DNA of 64,000 bases from Octopus sinensis (Eukaryota), in assembly GCF_006345805.1 (NCBI RefSeq), contig NC_042998.1:146258001-146322000 (forward strand), read 5' to 3'. How positions within the stretch are numbered: the stretch's first letter is position 1; every line of letters begins with the position of its first letter. The notes beneath the pieces were generated by a model, which did not search any database, had not been told where the DNA came from, and saw nothing but the letters and a program-made list of their open reading frames with translations. Of this stretch, positions 25,236 to 38,969 are shown in pieces. Both the position numbers and the translations under genes were made by a program.

Positions 25236-26705
25236 ATTTGGCGATGGTTAACATCAGGTGAGGCATATTCCAGGGAGATAGTTTGTCATCATTGTTGTTT
25301 GTGATGTGTATGATACTCCTTACACAGATAATATAGAAAGTGACATCTGGGTACACCGTGAAAAAGGGGAGAAAAGTTGAATCACTTGTATATGATTGAC
25401 TTAAAGGTCTTCGGAAAGAGTGAGCGTGAAATAAATAGTTTGATTTCAACAGTGCAGATATTCGGCAAGGATATAGGGATGGGATTTGGGATTAATAAGC
25501 GTGGTGTAATTATCATAAAAAAAAAGGAAGTAATGCCATCTGATGGTGTAGAACTGCCCATTAGTGAGAAAATTAAGGATGCTGAGGTGGATGGATACAA
25601 GTATCTCGATATTTTGGAGTAAGAAAAAAATCAAGAAGAGTGAAATGAAGGAAAGCTTTAGGTAAGAATACCTCAGAAGAACCAAGTTAATTATGAAGAG
25701 TAAACTCGATGGAAAGAACAAGATCAGGGCAGTGAATGCATTGGGTGTCTCTTTAATGTGATACGGCGCAGATGTAATTAGATGAACGAAGAACGAGCTT
25801 GAGGAAATAGAAAGTTCAGGAAAGTGATGACAATGAACAAGGAACTGCACCCTAAAAGCGATGTCGATAGATTGTATGTGTCTAAAAATAAGGGAGAAAT
25901 CGGGTTCATAGGATGCACGATGTATGTTATCAATGAGGAAAACAGTCAAGGATAGTAAGCTAAACAGCAGATTGAACCTTTAGTTATAGAAACACGATAC
26001 CGAGTGAAAATGTAACACACATAAAAGAATTTAAGAAACAAGATGGAGAGCAAAGATTGAGCAAGTGGAAAAGGAAAGCGGTGCATATGCAATACCTCAG
26101 AGAAATGGAAGGGATGGACAAAATAAATACTTGAAGGTGGCTGAGGAAAAGTGATATGAAAGGATGCACTGAGGCATTGATATGCAGCGTTCAGGAACAA
26201 GCTCTGAGAATCATCCTTTTGAAGGATGTGTGGCATCAGAACTGAAATAGTCTTACATATTGTGAGTCAGTGTAGCAAATTGACTGCAAAGGAATACAAG
26301 GGGAGGCAAAATAATGTAGCTAAGTATGCTCATTGGAGATTGTTAGAAGTATGGTTTTGAAAGGACATTGAAATGATACGAGCATAAGCCAGAACTTACT
26401 ACCGAGAATAATGAATATAAAACCTTGTGGGATTTTACCATCCAGTGTGATTCAGTGATTGATCCTCGGAGACTAGACATTGTTGTAGTTGATAAAATGA
26501 TGAAGGAAACCTAGATCAGAGATATTGCCATAGCTGGTGATGTACGAGTGGATGATAAAGAACTGGAAAAGATCGAGGAGTACAAACCACTAAAAAAATG
26601 AGATTGCACAAATGTAGACAATAAAGAAAGTAACTTTCATCCAAGTAAGAGCATTAACAACCGAGTTTAAGAAATCTGTTGGAGAAATGGAAATTGGCAT
26701 GAAAA
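25236..26705 (+). mobile_element. R4/Dong-like element, decayed RT-to-RLE region
   Basis: VNIR*GIFQGDSLSSLLF, NHLYMIDLK (decayed RT catalytic box), DIGMGFGI.K, GYKYLDILE, DRLYV, WDFTIQCD..RRLDIVVV, KELEKIEEY. Many stops; 3' end cut by a SINE. Confidence 0.85.
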
Positions 26706-26709
26706 GACC

Positions 26710-26935
26710 GCCCAATGGTTAGGATGCTGCACTTATTGTCATAGGATCGTGGTTTGATTCTCAGACAGGGCGGTATGTTGTGTTCATGAGCAAAATACTT
26801 CATTTCAAGTTGGTCCAGTTCATTCAACTGTAAATGAATAACCCTACACCGGACAGGCGTCTCGTTCAGGGGGAATATTGTGATCTTGATCACTTATACA
26901 TCAGGGAAACCGGGTATCTGACTCGATGAATCCTA
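26710..26935 (+). mobile_element. SINE family E (decayed)
   Basis: Similar to 14268-14500. Confidence 0.55.
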
Positions 26936-26971
26936 GAACTTGAGATAGTAATGTCCAGATGTTGATGACAA

Positions 26972-27011
26972 TGATGATGATGATGATGACGACGACGACG
27001 ACGACGATGAT

Positions 27012-27070
<59 letters not shown>

Positions 27071-27084
27071 TGACGATGATGATG
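26972..27084. repeat. (GAT)n/(GAC)n microsatellite
   Basis: Read directly. Confidence 0.95.
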
Positions 27085-27330
27085 AATGAAGAGCACGGTC
27101 ATATTGTAGAATCGAGGTGGGGAAGCTGCAATCTTGGAAATACCAGTTTCAAAAAGGAAATTACACGTATTCTCTCACTTCCGGAAGAAAGCAAATTACA
27201 AGTTCACTGGCATTTTTTGTGATTATGGTCCAAGACTTAAGAATTAAAAATGTCCATTTTGTTCAGTTCGTTTTCGCTAACGTGTAAATTACTTTAAGCT
27301 GTCTGCTCCTCCGTTTGTTGTGGAAATGGT

Positions 27331-27523
27331 TATCTCTTATCTTTTAATTGTTTGTCATTGGACTGCGGCCATGCTGGGGCACCGCCTTCAAGAGTTTAAT
27401 CGAACGAATCGACCCCAGTATTTATTTTTTATGCGTGATACTTATTCTATTGCTATCTGAATTGAACCGCTAAGTTATAGGGACGTGAAAAACGTCACGG
27501 TATGCGTGTTTGTGGGAACAAGC

Positions 27524-27575
<52 letters not shown>

Positions 27576-27780
27576 GCACACGATGGATCTCTCTCTCCTT
27601 CACACACACACACACACACGATGGGTTTCAACACAATTCCCATCTATCAGATTCACTCACAAAGCTTTGACCTGCCTGGAGCTAAGTAGAAGACACTTGT
27701 CCAAAGTGCCACGCAGTTGAACGGAACTTGAAACCTCGTGGTTGCAAAAGAATCTTCTTAACCACACACCCATACCTGCA
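27331..27780 (-). mobile_element. SINE family B
   Basis: Reverse complement of family B with internal CT/CA repeats. Confidence 0.75.
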
Positions 27781-28184
27781 TCAATATAAAGGTTATTGAA
27801 GGTTTTCCTATTCGAATAAAAATCTTTCCATCTTCATTATTTTACTCATTCAAATGAAATGAAAGAGAAAAAAATGGCATCTGTGCGAGCAAATATTTTT
27901 GAAAATAATGCGAAACCCATCAAGAGAACAAAAGTGACTGATATCAATCTGAGTAAAGTCTTGTTATTGGAGCTAAAAAATAAAACACCCAATATAGAGG
28001 TTTCTAACAGCTAATTCACCCGGGATTCCTTAACGACAATATAATCTTCATATAATTAAGGCATCTTCAGTCACATGAGTAGCCAGCTGAGTACCCCTGG
28101 TCGAGTAATTATTACATCAGAGGATCTGCTAAGTTGGAAACATATATAGCCTGGATTTTAGCTGCTCCATTCCCTCAATTTGGA

Positions 28185-28292
<108 letters not shown>

Positions 28293-28344
28293 TATATATT
28301 ATATATAAATACTTTTATTAAAAGCGATGTGTGTGTATGTATGT

Positions 28345-28690
28345 ATACTCTTTTACTTGTTTCAGTCATTTGACTGTGACCATGCTGGAGCACCGCCTTT
28401 AGTCGAGCAAATCGACCCCAGGACTTATTCTTTGTAAGCTTAGTATTCTATTGGTCTATTTTGCTGAACTGCTAAGTTCGGTTGTCAAGCGATGTTGGGG
28501 GGACAAACATATACACACACACATACATATATATACATATATATGACGGGTTTCTTTCCAGTTTCACAAGGCTTTGGTCGGCCCGAGGCTATAGTAGAAG
28601 ACATCTGCCCAAGGTGTCATGCAGTGGGACTGAACCCGGAACCATGTGGTTGGTAAGCAAGCTACTTACCACACAGCCACTCCTACGCCT
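28345..28690 (-). mobile_element. SINE family B
   Basis: Reverse complement of family B. Confidence 0.8.
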
Positions 28691-29671
28691 ATATATATAT
28701 TCATTTATATATATATAAATCCTTAAATCCTTAAAAATGTTTTAGCCCGAAGGCCGTGGCCATGCTGGTATATATATATATATATATATTTACATGTGTA
28801 TTTATGCCAGGCAGGACTGTATAGTAAGAAGCCCCAGAATGGCTGCAAGATAATGACTAAAAGAAGTAAAGTATATACGCGCGCGCACTCACACACGCGC
28901 ATTCTAAATAGAAGAGTAAAACAAATGCAAAATATTATAGCTTGGAAACATACCGACAGATTTAAACACAAACATCGACATTGTGACCTTGATATTAAGA
29001 TGTAAAACCAAGAGCAATTGTTGACAGAAGCAAATGCACACCCGCACAAGTCGAATTACACGAGTTTTTGTATACAAATATGATATTTTGATAGATATGA
29101 AACAACAACAGCAATCAAAAAGAATGGCTTAATGCCAAAATTACTGCAAGAGGAACAGAAATACGTAAACATAAATAAGTAAAAAAATATATTGTTAAGT
29201 AGTAGAGAACTACTGAGAGAAACATTAATGTCAGCTATACGTAAGTACGTGGGTAGATTTGTTTGCGAATGCAATGTTCACGTGCACACATAAACAGACG
29301 CACGTTCGCACATATGTTTATACATACATAGATACATATGTACCTGTATACATACACACACACGCACACATAATTGAAGTACAATATTATATATTTTCGA
29401 ACCATATACGGCCAATGAAAGTTAGCGCAGTTTCATGTGAAATCACACTTATCTAAGCTGAAAGCATGATTAAACAATCGTCAGACATGGCTGATCTGAA
29501 AAGTAAATTTAATTCATTCATTCATTCATTCTGTCTGCCTGTAACGCGCGTTTAGTAGCTCTTATGCTGTTGTATGGCTACACACATATTTATTATACAT
29601 CAAAGTGTTTCCAGTGTGGATATACATGCGGAAAACCTTTCTATGCAGGATTAATAAAATAATAATAATAG

Positions 29672-30150
29672 CCTATAAAGAGCAAAGAAGTGGTATGAGA
29701 AAACCCCAGAAGGAGTCACCGAGAATGAGAATTGCAAAATCCTGTCGGATGCAATGATTCAGTGCGAAAACCTGACCAGACATCGGAAAGTGGACATTGT
29801 TGTGGTGAAAGAAAGAAAAAGAACATGCGTGATAATCGACATAATCCAGTAACCACAGGATCAATGTGAAAGAAGAAAAAATAGACAACTATGACGATTT
29901 GAAGTGGGAAATATGAACGTTGAGGTCAATGAATAGAGTAGACGTGATACCAATAGTAATTGGTGCACTTGGAACTATCAGCACTCAACTACCAGCATGG
30001 CTGAAAAAGATTGGTGTAAGTGTGAAGGTAAAACACCTACAAAAATCAGCATTGCTTGGAACTGGAAGAATTCTTCGCAGAGTTCTTGAAGCATGAGCAG
30101 TAAACAAGTGTCACCTTAGTCTGCTGACACCTTCCATCATATCCAGCAAA
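29672..30150 (+). mobile_element. R4/Dong-like 3' fragment (RLE)
   Basis: KWYEKTPEGVTENENCKIL..DIVVV..EKIDNYDDLKWE..VIPIVIGALGTIS..LQKSALLGTGRILRRVLEA*. AAT repeats on both flanks. Confidence 0.85.
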
Positions 30151-30469
30151 ATAATAATTTTTCCACTACAGGCACGAAGCCTGAAATTTCGAGAATGCTC
30201 GAAATTGCTGAAAATGTGAAGATAGACAGCCGACAACTGATGAAGGGTCGTTTCTCTGTGCTTACTTGTCCTGTTTTCCATTTTTTTCTCTCGTTGTTAA
30301 CGTATTGTAGGTTGTATATACAGTTGGTGACGTCCTGTATCCGCGTATGCATATATATATGTAAAAAAATATATACATGTATGTAAGTACGTACATATAT
30401 GTATGTATATATACATATATATGCATCATATATATAAGCACCCCCCATATATATAAGAATATTTTCCGT

Positions 30470-30810
30470 AATAAGATAAAAAACCAAGGCTGTATAGATA
30501 TTAGAGCATTTGTAGATAGGTCTTACAGCTGTTTCTAGGATATTTGTTAATAATATCCCTTCATTGGAGACGGTGTGAGAGGAAAGTTAAGTCATAGTTA
30601 GTTTAGATGTGATACAAAATAGAGAGTGAGGTGGAAGAAAGAAAATAGATGTAAGATATGTATGGGCACTGAAGTTGTAAATCCATTTTATAGGCATAGT
30701 GGTATATATATGCAATATTCCAATATCCTATGAGTAAAGTCCAAATGTCCAACAGAGTTTAAAATGAGTCCTTCCAAATATAGAGTTTATAAGCAATGTA
30801 AGATTCCGTT
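30470..30810 (-). mobile_element. Penelope-like terminal-repeat remnant, same family as 17414-17904
   Basis: Shares CCAAGGCTGT..GTCTTACAGCTG..ATATCCCTTCAT..GTGTGAGA; carries a decayed hammerhead at 30521-30570. Confidence 0.7.
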
Positions 30811-30861
30811 ATGAGTGAGATCCAGCAGATTTTAAAACTTGGTCATTCCCAGTAGAGAATT

Positions 30862-30916
<55 letters not shown>

Positions 30917-31007
30917 CGAGAGAGAGAAAGACAGACAGACAGACTGACAGGCCGACAAATAAACAGACATGCCGGCAGACAGATAGACAGACAGACAGAT
31001 TGACTGG

Positions 31008-31008
<1 letters not shown>

Positions 31009-31072
<64 letters not shown>
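31009..31072. repeat. (AGAT)n microsatellite
   Basis: Read directly. The complementary (CTAT)n array is at 31709-31806. Confidence 0.95.
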
Positions 31073-31184
31073 GTAACTCCGGATGTGATATAACAGAGTG
31101 TCTGTGTGGAACGTTAGTCCCCTCAAAGGTCTCCGGAGGCCCGTACGAGCAGCATGCTGTTGAACATGAAGAGAGCAGGCACGA

Positions 31185-31470
31185 GGAGGCGAATCCAGGT
31201 AAAAAAAAAATGTCACAGCTAAAAAAGCCACAGGAAAAAAGTCACGGAAAAAAAGTCTCTGGAAAAAAAGTCGCAGGAACAAGTCACAAAGGTTTTGTCC
31301 GGGGAGTGGGGTGTCGTGGGAGGGTTGTCCTAAGGGACTTTATCCTAGGGTAGTTTTGTCCGAATCCCATAAATTAATTGTCACTTTTTTCCCTGTGTCT
31401 TTATTACCGGTTACCATAAATTAATTGTGACTTCTTTTCTAGCCAAAATTGTGACTTTATTACCGGTCAC
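31185..31470. mobile_element. DNA-transposon remnant with subterminal GGAAAAAAGTCAC repeats
   Basis: 4-5 tandem GAAAAAAGTCAC-like units on the left, inverted GTGACTTT units ending ATTACCGGT(T/C)ACC on the right. Confidence 0.5.
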
Positions 31471-31707
31471 CTCAATTCAAATGTAAATTTGCAAGGATTT
31501 TTTCCTGTAATGGAGCACAAAGTTATCTTCTGGTACTTGAATAAGTCGGGCTATTTTTTCTTTGTTCTTGTAGAGGGTGTCCAGAACTCACCCTACCCAC
31601 TAAGCAGGCTTGGTGGTGGTGTTGCTAATTTAGTCACCGATAGTCCGACCATGCACCAGTTTGTAATGAGTTACATGTTATCAGAAACTCTCAAGAACGA
31701 TATGACA

Positions 31708-31790
<83 letters not shown>

Positions 31791-31879
31791 TTATCTATCT
31801 ATCTATGTGAGTGTGTGTATGTGTGCGCGTGGCGTGATGGCTAATAGCTGAATCCGTATTTTATAGTACTCATTTACAC

Positions 31880-31954
<75 letters not shown>

Positions 31955-32254
31955 TTCACACATTAATTAGGCTTCTTTAACAAGTTCCCTATTTTGACAT
32001 CTGATTTCTAACACACGTCTTGGAGTAAAGAAACTATGGACTCTAAATATAAATAAGAACCATTTCTAACTTTAACATAAGGTCAAACATTTTGGGATAT
32101 AGGGCGAGGGTGGTGTAGCAGATTAAATGGATCCCTTTGGTTAGAAATTCCAATTATGAATTTTCGGTTGTTTGATCAACTGAAATACCAGGGTCATTGA
32201 ATTCTAATGTAAATGACCGAGTATTCTGCAGACAGTCTTTTACTAATTTATTCC

Positions 32255-32628
32255 TTTACTTGTTTCAGTCATTTGACTGCAGCCATGCTGGAGCACCGCC
32301 TTAAAGGGTTTTAGTCGAAGAAATCGATCCTCAGGACTGGTTTTTCTTTTGCTGAACCGCTAAGTTACGAGGACGCAAACATACCAACACCAGTTGTTAA
32401 GCGGTGGTGGGGAAACAACACAAAGACACACACACATAGATACACACGCGCACACACACATATACGACGGGCTTCTTTTAGTTTCCGTCCACCTAATCCT
32501 CTCACAAGGCTTTGGTCGTCCCGAGGCCATAGTAGAAGACTTTGCCCAAGGTGTCAAGCAGTGGGATTGAACCCGGGACCATGTAGTTGGGAAGCTAGCT
32601 TTTTACCGCACAGCCACACCTACGCCTA
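32255..32628 (-). mobile_element. SINE family B
   Basis: Reverse complement of family B. Confidence 0.8.
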
Positions 32629-32739
32629 TATGTGTACACTTAATATAATTCTTAGGCGGAATGAGCGTGGCGTTGGTACAATCCACTCGATGAACTTCCA
32701 CATCAAATTTCATTCATAAGGAAAGGCTCGACTCATGGA

Positions 32740-33660
32740 AGTAGAAAATGGTTGAGGAAGGTGGAACAGGTAGCATGAGAGAGTGACAGTGGATGGTAGA
32801 ACTGGTAGAATGTAGAGTGAATGGCAGTGGGTGGTAGATTTGATAGAACTATTAGATGGTAGTGGGCGGTAAAATTGGTAACATGGTGGAGGAATGGTAG
32901 AATTGGTAGAATGGTAGTCGATGGTAGAATTGGTCGACTGGAGAGTGAACGGTAGTTGATGGTAGAATTGGTAGAATGATGATTGGGAAGTTGTAGTCAA
33001 TGGTAGAATTGATTGTTGGAGAAATAGTAGTAGGTGGTAGAATCGGTAGGGTGGTGGAGAAATGTGGGTATTGGGGCAAATGATGTTGGGGTAAAATTGG
33101 TAGAATGGTAAGGAGAAAAGGTAGTGGATGGTAGAATTGATAGGTTTGGTAGACTAGTGGAGGAAGGTAGTATATGGTGGAATTGGTATAATGGTGGAAG
33201 AACTGTAGTTGATGGTAGAATTGGTAAGGTGGTGGTGGAGAATAATGGTAGTTGATAGTAGAATTGATAGAGTGGTGAGAAGGAATGGTAGAATGAGATA
33301 GAATGTTGTTGAATGGTAGTGTGCTGTAGAATTTGTAGAATGGGTAGAATGGTGTGGGAATTGTAGTGGATGACTGAATTGGTAGAGTGGTGATGGGTGT
33401 ATAGTTGTTAACGATAGAAGTGATAGTGGGGAAATGACAGTAGGTGGTTTAATCGGCTGGGTGGTGGGGAAATGGTTGTGGGTAGTAGTATTAGTAGAAT
33501 GTTGGGAGAATGGTGGTGAATGTTAAAATTGGTAGAATGCTGAGGGGGAAATGGTAGTCGTTGATAGAATTGGTTGAATCGTAGGTGAATGGTAGTAGGT
33601 AGTAGAATTGGTAGAGTGGTGGGGAGAATAATAGTGGGTGGTAGAATTGGTAGAGTAATG
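32740..33660. repeat. Degenerate TGGTAGAAT-based minisatellite
   Basis: Dozens of GGTAGAAT(T) units; the plus strand is very C-poor. Confidence 0.85.
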
Positions 33661-34979
33661 AAGAAACGGTTAGAGTTCCTTGCTATATTAAATTACGTTC
33701 CTTTATATTCTAGGTTTCGATTTTGCTGCATCAACTTTGCTTTTATCCCAGTGAAATCAATAAAATAAAGTACCAATAATAATATGCTGAACTTATTCAA
33801 TTGATTATTTCTCTTGTTATCTTTACATATTTGAGGACTTTTTGTAATTCTACAAATCTATATTTATGAATATATTTAACACAATAATGACCTTTGCTTC
33901 AATTTCTCTCTCCCCCTCCGCTGCCCCTTCAGTCATACAAAGACTATTTGATTTTGTGGAGTTTAATAAACTAAAGATTATGTGTAGATTATTAATTAAT
34001 TAAACCAGTTTATTAATTAATCTTAATAACCTTTTATACTCTTGCTACTTTGATAACCTTGATGTCCAAGCTGATAACTACATGGCGTGATCGTTCGACT
34101 CGCGAGAAATAACAACCAAATCCTCTTTAAATCATATGATCTCTTTAAAAACAAGATACATTGGATAATGTAGTCCAGGAGGTAAGGCGTATCTATAAAA
34201 ACAGGGCTCCAACAACAGCAACAACAGCAGGAATGTAATTGAGTCTCTTAAGCTCGAAGTTGTTGTTTAGTCCGGCCTGTTACCAGACTATAGTGCCTTG
34301 GGGTGCTTCAGAATACTCTGAGTAGGCACAAATTTATAATAATGCTAAAGCGAAGTTTCGAAATAAGTGTACCACTGTAAATCTGATGGTGCACTGTTGA
34401 ATAGCGAACGAACAGTGTCATCCAGTGTATCCTCTTAGTGACGGGCATGGTTTAGTCCCAGATCAGCCCTTATTGTACAGATCAAAGGTATTCCAACTGT
34501 GACCATCCCACCTTTTTAGTGGTATATCTTGAAGTACATTACCCAGTATATCCTGCATTTAAAAAGGACAGGTGTGATGTGAGGGAGATTTGGTTGTTAT
34601 TACTAGAGGCTCCACTTTTCAGTAGATATTACCGTTGTAAATAGGAAACGATAAGGAAATGACGAGTGTTTCGACAGTTGTCTATCATGGCGTGGGATGA
34701 GGATATTACATCGTTAACATACCTCTTAAATGTTAAGAAAACCAGTCATAAAAATCAAACCCCAAAATCCATGTGATTTTGATGATGGTAGTGGTGGTGG
34801 TAGGAAATAATTTAGTCTCTGAGTCATATTAAAATAATTTCCTTCTATTGTCGATTAAAAAATCTATTGTTTATAATTTTATATACTATAGTATGAAAAT
34901 AAGTTTCTCTATTTTGGTCCATATTTTCCCCCTCTTTACAAAGGAGAAATTTGTAACAACTTTCTTTTACTTTTTATCC

Positions 34980-35372
34980 TTTATTTATTTCAGTTATTTG
35001 ACTGCGGCCATGCTGGTGCACCACCTTGAAGTGTTTTTAGTCGAACAAATCGACCCTAGGATTTTTTTAAAGCCTGGTACTTATTCTATCGGTCTCTTTG
35101 TCGAACCGCTACATTACGGGGGCGTAAACCACTAAGTTACGATTGTTAAGCAGTGGCGAGGGACAAACACAAACACACTCTCACACATATATACATACGT
35201 CATACATACACAACAGGCTTCTTTCAGTTTCCGTCTACCAAATCCACTCATAAGGTTTTGGTCGGCCCGAGGCTTTAGTAGAAGACACTTGCCCAAGGTA
35301 CCGTGCAGTGGGAATGAACCCGGAACCACGTAGTGTGGAAGCAAACTTTTTACCACACAGTCACGCCTGTGC
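34980..35372 (-). mobile_element. SINE family B
   Basis: Reverse complement of family B. Confidence 0.8.
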
Positions 35373-35872
35373 CTATAAATAAAATAACTAAAATAAATAG
35401 GAAAAGAGAACATTAAAACTGAATAACAACTGGAAAATAAAACTAGAAAACTTGAATCGAATATTTTAACCTTGATTTTATTTCATGATTTGACGAATTA
35501 GTTAAGCTTCCCCTCCCTAGTTAGCCAATGACACTCGTTGACATTTCCTCTAACATACGACACAGCCAGCTAATAAATTTATTGGCATGTGATGTAGCCG
35601 CCTGCGAATATACGTACGTACGCAACTGAATTAGGATTGACTAATACAATATAGATGTTAATATGGATGACCAATATATTAATTATCCCTTAAACCTGTT
35701 CACTCATTTCTTATATAGATATATTTTGTTCCAACAATGCTACCCGTCATAATTTTCACCGCCATGCTACTACTAATTCACACACGTACACACATTTACA
35801 CATGCCGGTCTCTTTTAGTATTGTTATACGACAGTGGTTATCTGACAAATGCTAGCCTCGCCAATACTAACT

Positions 35873-36771
35873 GGATCTTTACCTTCTGATTGACAGATTT
35901 TCTGACTTCAAATTCCGCCGAGGTCGACTTTGTCTATCATCCTTTCGGGGTCGATAAATTAAGTACCAGTTACGCATTGGGTTCGATATAATCGACTTAA
36001 TCCGTCTGTCAGTCCTTGTTTGTCTTCTCTGTGTTTAGCCCCTTGTGGGTAGTAAAGAATTAGATTTAAAAAATATTTTTTTGTAACTAAACACTTTCAA
36101 ACTTCGTATACTGGTAGAATGTGTCGCATAAAACATGTTGAGAAAATTCTGTATTTTGGAAGTTATTTTTTGTTAAAGTTGCCGTATTTCGGTAATTTCA
36201 ACCAATCAATGACGTGTATTTAGCTGAATAAAATTACTGCTGTTGTTTGTCAACAACTTCTGGCGGTGTATATTTCGTTTGTCACTGTTATTTATGACAT
36301 ATTTCATTTCATTTACGTATGTATGAATAAACGAGTGTATCTGAAGCATGTTTACTTCATGGCACCACCATAATCGTTCGTGCTTCATTTTTCATTTGTT
36401 CCGTGACTCTAACCCTAAAACCCCAACCATAACCCCCAAACCTTAACCCTAACCCTAAAACCTTAACCCTAGCTCTAACTCTAAAACCCTAACCGTAACT
36501 CTAACCCTAAAACCCTAGCCCTAACCCTAACCATAAAACCGTAAAACCATAACCTTAAAACCTTAAAGCTAAGACCACTACAAACGCACGAACGATGTCT
36601 AAATAACAGTGACAAACGAAATATAAATAACTTCCAAAATGCAGAATTTTCTCAATAACGGCAAGAGTAAAAGATGTTTTTATATGACACATTCTACAAG
36701 TATACGAAGTTTGAAAGTGTTTAGTTACAGAAAATATTTTTTTAAATCTGTAGGTCAAAAGGTAAAGATCC
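35873..36771. mobile_element. GGATCTTT foldback element with degenerate (CCCTAA)n core; SINE A inserted in left TIR (35901-36060)
   Basis: Left end GGATCTTTACCTT, right end AAGGTAAAGATCC, long inverted arms, CCCTAA-like array at ~36408-36570. TSD not clear. Confidence 0.85.
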
Positions 36772-36811
36772 CTACGACTAAATAATTATTGCTGAAATTG
36801 GTACTGTCTTT

Positions 36812-36848
<37 letters not shown>

Positions 36849-36849
<1 letters not shown>

Positions 36850-37238
36850 TAGCAGTATCACCCGGTGTTGCTTGGGTTTGTTTCGATCCTTTAGAATTGG
36901 AATTTTTGAAAAGTAAAAATTTTGCATTATGCAACTTGTTATTCTCTTCAAGTAAACATTTTTCCAGTTGAAATACACCGAAAAATGGTGACACAGCAGT
37001 CAAAAATCGTAAAAAAATAGGGATTTTCATAGAAAAAAAGCACTTTTTTTATGTAAATAATTTTTGGTGTTAACATGGTCCGATTTGAATTTTATCTTCT
37101 ACAGAATGAAGAGCAAGCCTTCTTCTATCATACTCTCAATGTTGGTCAACTTGCGCTGCAGGATCTCGAAGGAGATAGTGTTAGTTGAAGGCTACCAAAC
37201 CTGCTACACACAGACAACTTCAGCTTTATATATATAGA
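36849..37238 (-). mobile_element. Non-autonomous Helitron
   Basis: Reverse strand A|TCTATATATATAAAG..GCAACACCGGGTGATACTGCTAG|T; 3' end near-identical to that of 22436-22818. Confidence 0.85.
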
Positions 37239-37239
37239 T

Positions 37240-37944
37240 TTGCTACACACTACTTTCCATCTTTAATAATGAAACTTGGTAGATCCAAAAGTTAAACACA
37301 CAGACACACACACAGATACACACACAGACACACAAGTTGAGTTTTATATATATAGATTTCTCAACGGGGATTTCAGGGGAGAATTTCAGGGAGTCGCTGG
37401 CGATGTATCGTGATGATCAAAAATCCGGCCAGCTAAAATTTGGTTAAAGTGATTCAAACTGCAGACTCAACGCAAAATGGTCACATTTAATTCAAAGCGT
37501 TAAAAATGTTATGCAGAAAATTGGTATGTGTTCACAAAGTCCAAACGATTAATACGAAAAAACCCTCCAGGCGACATCCCGAAAATTCATTTCTTTGCCG
37601 AATTTCTACAATGTTTACAGCGATTTGTTTTTATATCTTGATTTTTTATTTCTCATACAATTTACGCATGCTTGCACGCGTGGTGAACACAGTTCACGTC
37701 AAACAGCTGACTGAGTAAAGTTCACTATTCAATGCATGGGATAAGGCCTAAACAAACACATTATCGATCTTTGCACTTGCGAGATGAATTTCGGAAAAGA
37801 AATAGTGCAGTTCAATTTTCATTCGCCTAAACTTTCAGTGACCCATTTTTGGTGGTTCTACGATTTGTTGGCTAGGAGGAGATGTGCCGGGAAGTTAAAC
37901 ACACAGACACACACATAGATACACACACAGACACACAAGTTGAG

Positions 37945-37975
<31 letters not shown>
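37240..37975 (-). mobile_element. Further Helitron-like 5' segments
   Basis: Two copies of TATATATAA(A)ACTCAACTTGTGTGTCTGTGTG on the reverse strand, ending at ~37356 and ~37970. Confidence 0.55.
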
Positions 37976-37978
<3 letters not shown>

Positions 37979-38301
37979 GAATAGACAGAAAAGATTTTGC
38001 TTTCAAAAGAAATGTTATGTTTCTTTCTTCGCCATGGTGAGTTTGAATAAGTTTATAACCACCGAAAATTTTTATCAAACATGGGCAAGATTCCGTTTTT
38101 TTTTTTTAAATCTGCGTCTCCCCACCACTTTCTGTAAGAAACACTGGTATCCGTGAGTCTAAAACGGTTAAAGACACTGTTCTTTTTGTCTTAGTCAAAA
38201 AAAAGAAAGAAAATTCGCGCGCGCAACACACACACATACACATACACAAACAACACGTACACATTTGATAATTGATATAAGTGTATATCCATTTCGTGGT
38301 G

Positions 38302-38361
<60 letters not shown>

Positions 38362-38969
38362 ATACGCTTGTAGTACTCACACGCCAATGTACTAACACAT
38401 TCAAACACGCGCCTGCAATCACACATGCACGCACACATACACACACAAACACACGCACGAACGCATACACATTGAAATGCTAGCATATACATACTCTTTT
38501 GACACTATTTCGTACATTCATAACAACTTATACAAGCATATTATGTGAGTACTACGATCTTTCTTTCCTGTCTTCTTTCTTTTTCTTTCTTTACTTCTTC
38601 CTTTCTTCTTTTTGTTTGCATCTTATTTTTGGTTCTTTCCTTTTTTCCCTCTTTCTCTTTCTGTGTCTCACGCAGACATTCTCATACACATGTACATACA
38701 TACACAAATACTTTTGCATGATATTCCCATAAGTTAAGAGAAATATCAATGAAATGGCGCGACTGAGTGTAAAACGTTAGATAGACGCGATAATGAAAAT
38801 TCAAAACGATGTTCTTTGGCACTGTCATGATCAAACATACTGAGTGAAGTGAAATTCTTCACGTATCTAGGAATTGGAGGTAACGGAAGCGAGATATAGA
38901 GCAAGTCAAACCGCAAATATGTTAAGCCGATCTTGAAACCAAGATCTCTGTGCAGAGATCTTGGTTTCT

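Noticed and set aside
30809-31851. 157-aa and 120-aa ORFs with YLSI repeats
   Set aside because: Driven by (AGAT)n/(CTAT)n repeats and transposon remnants.
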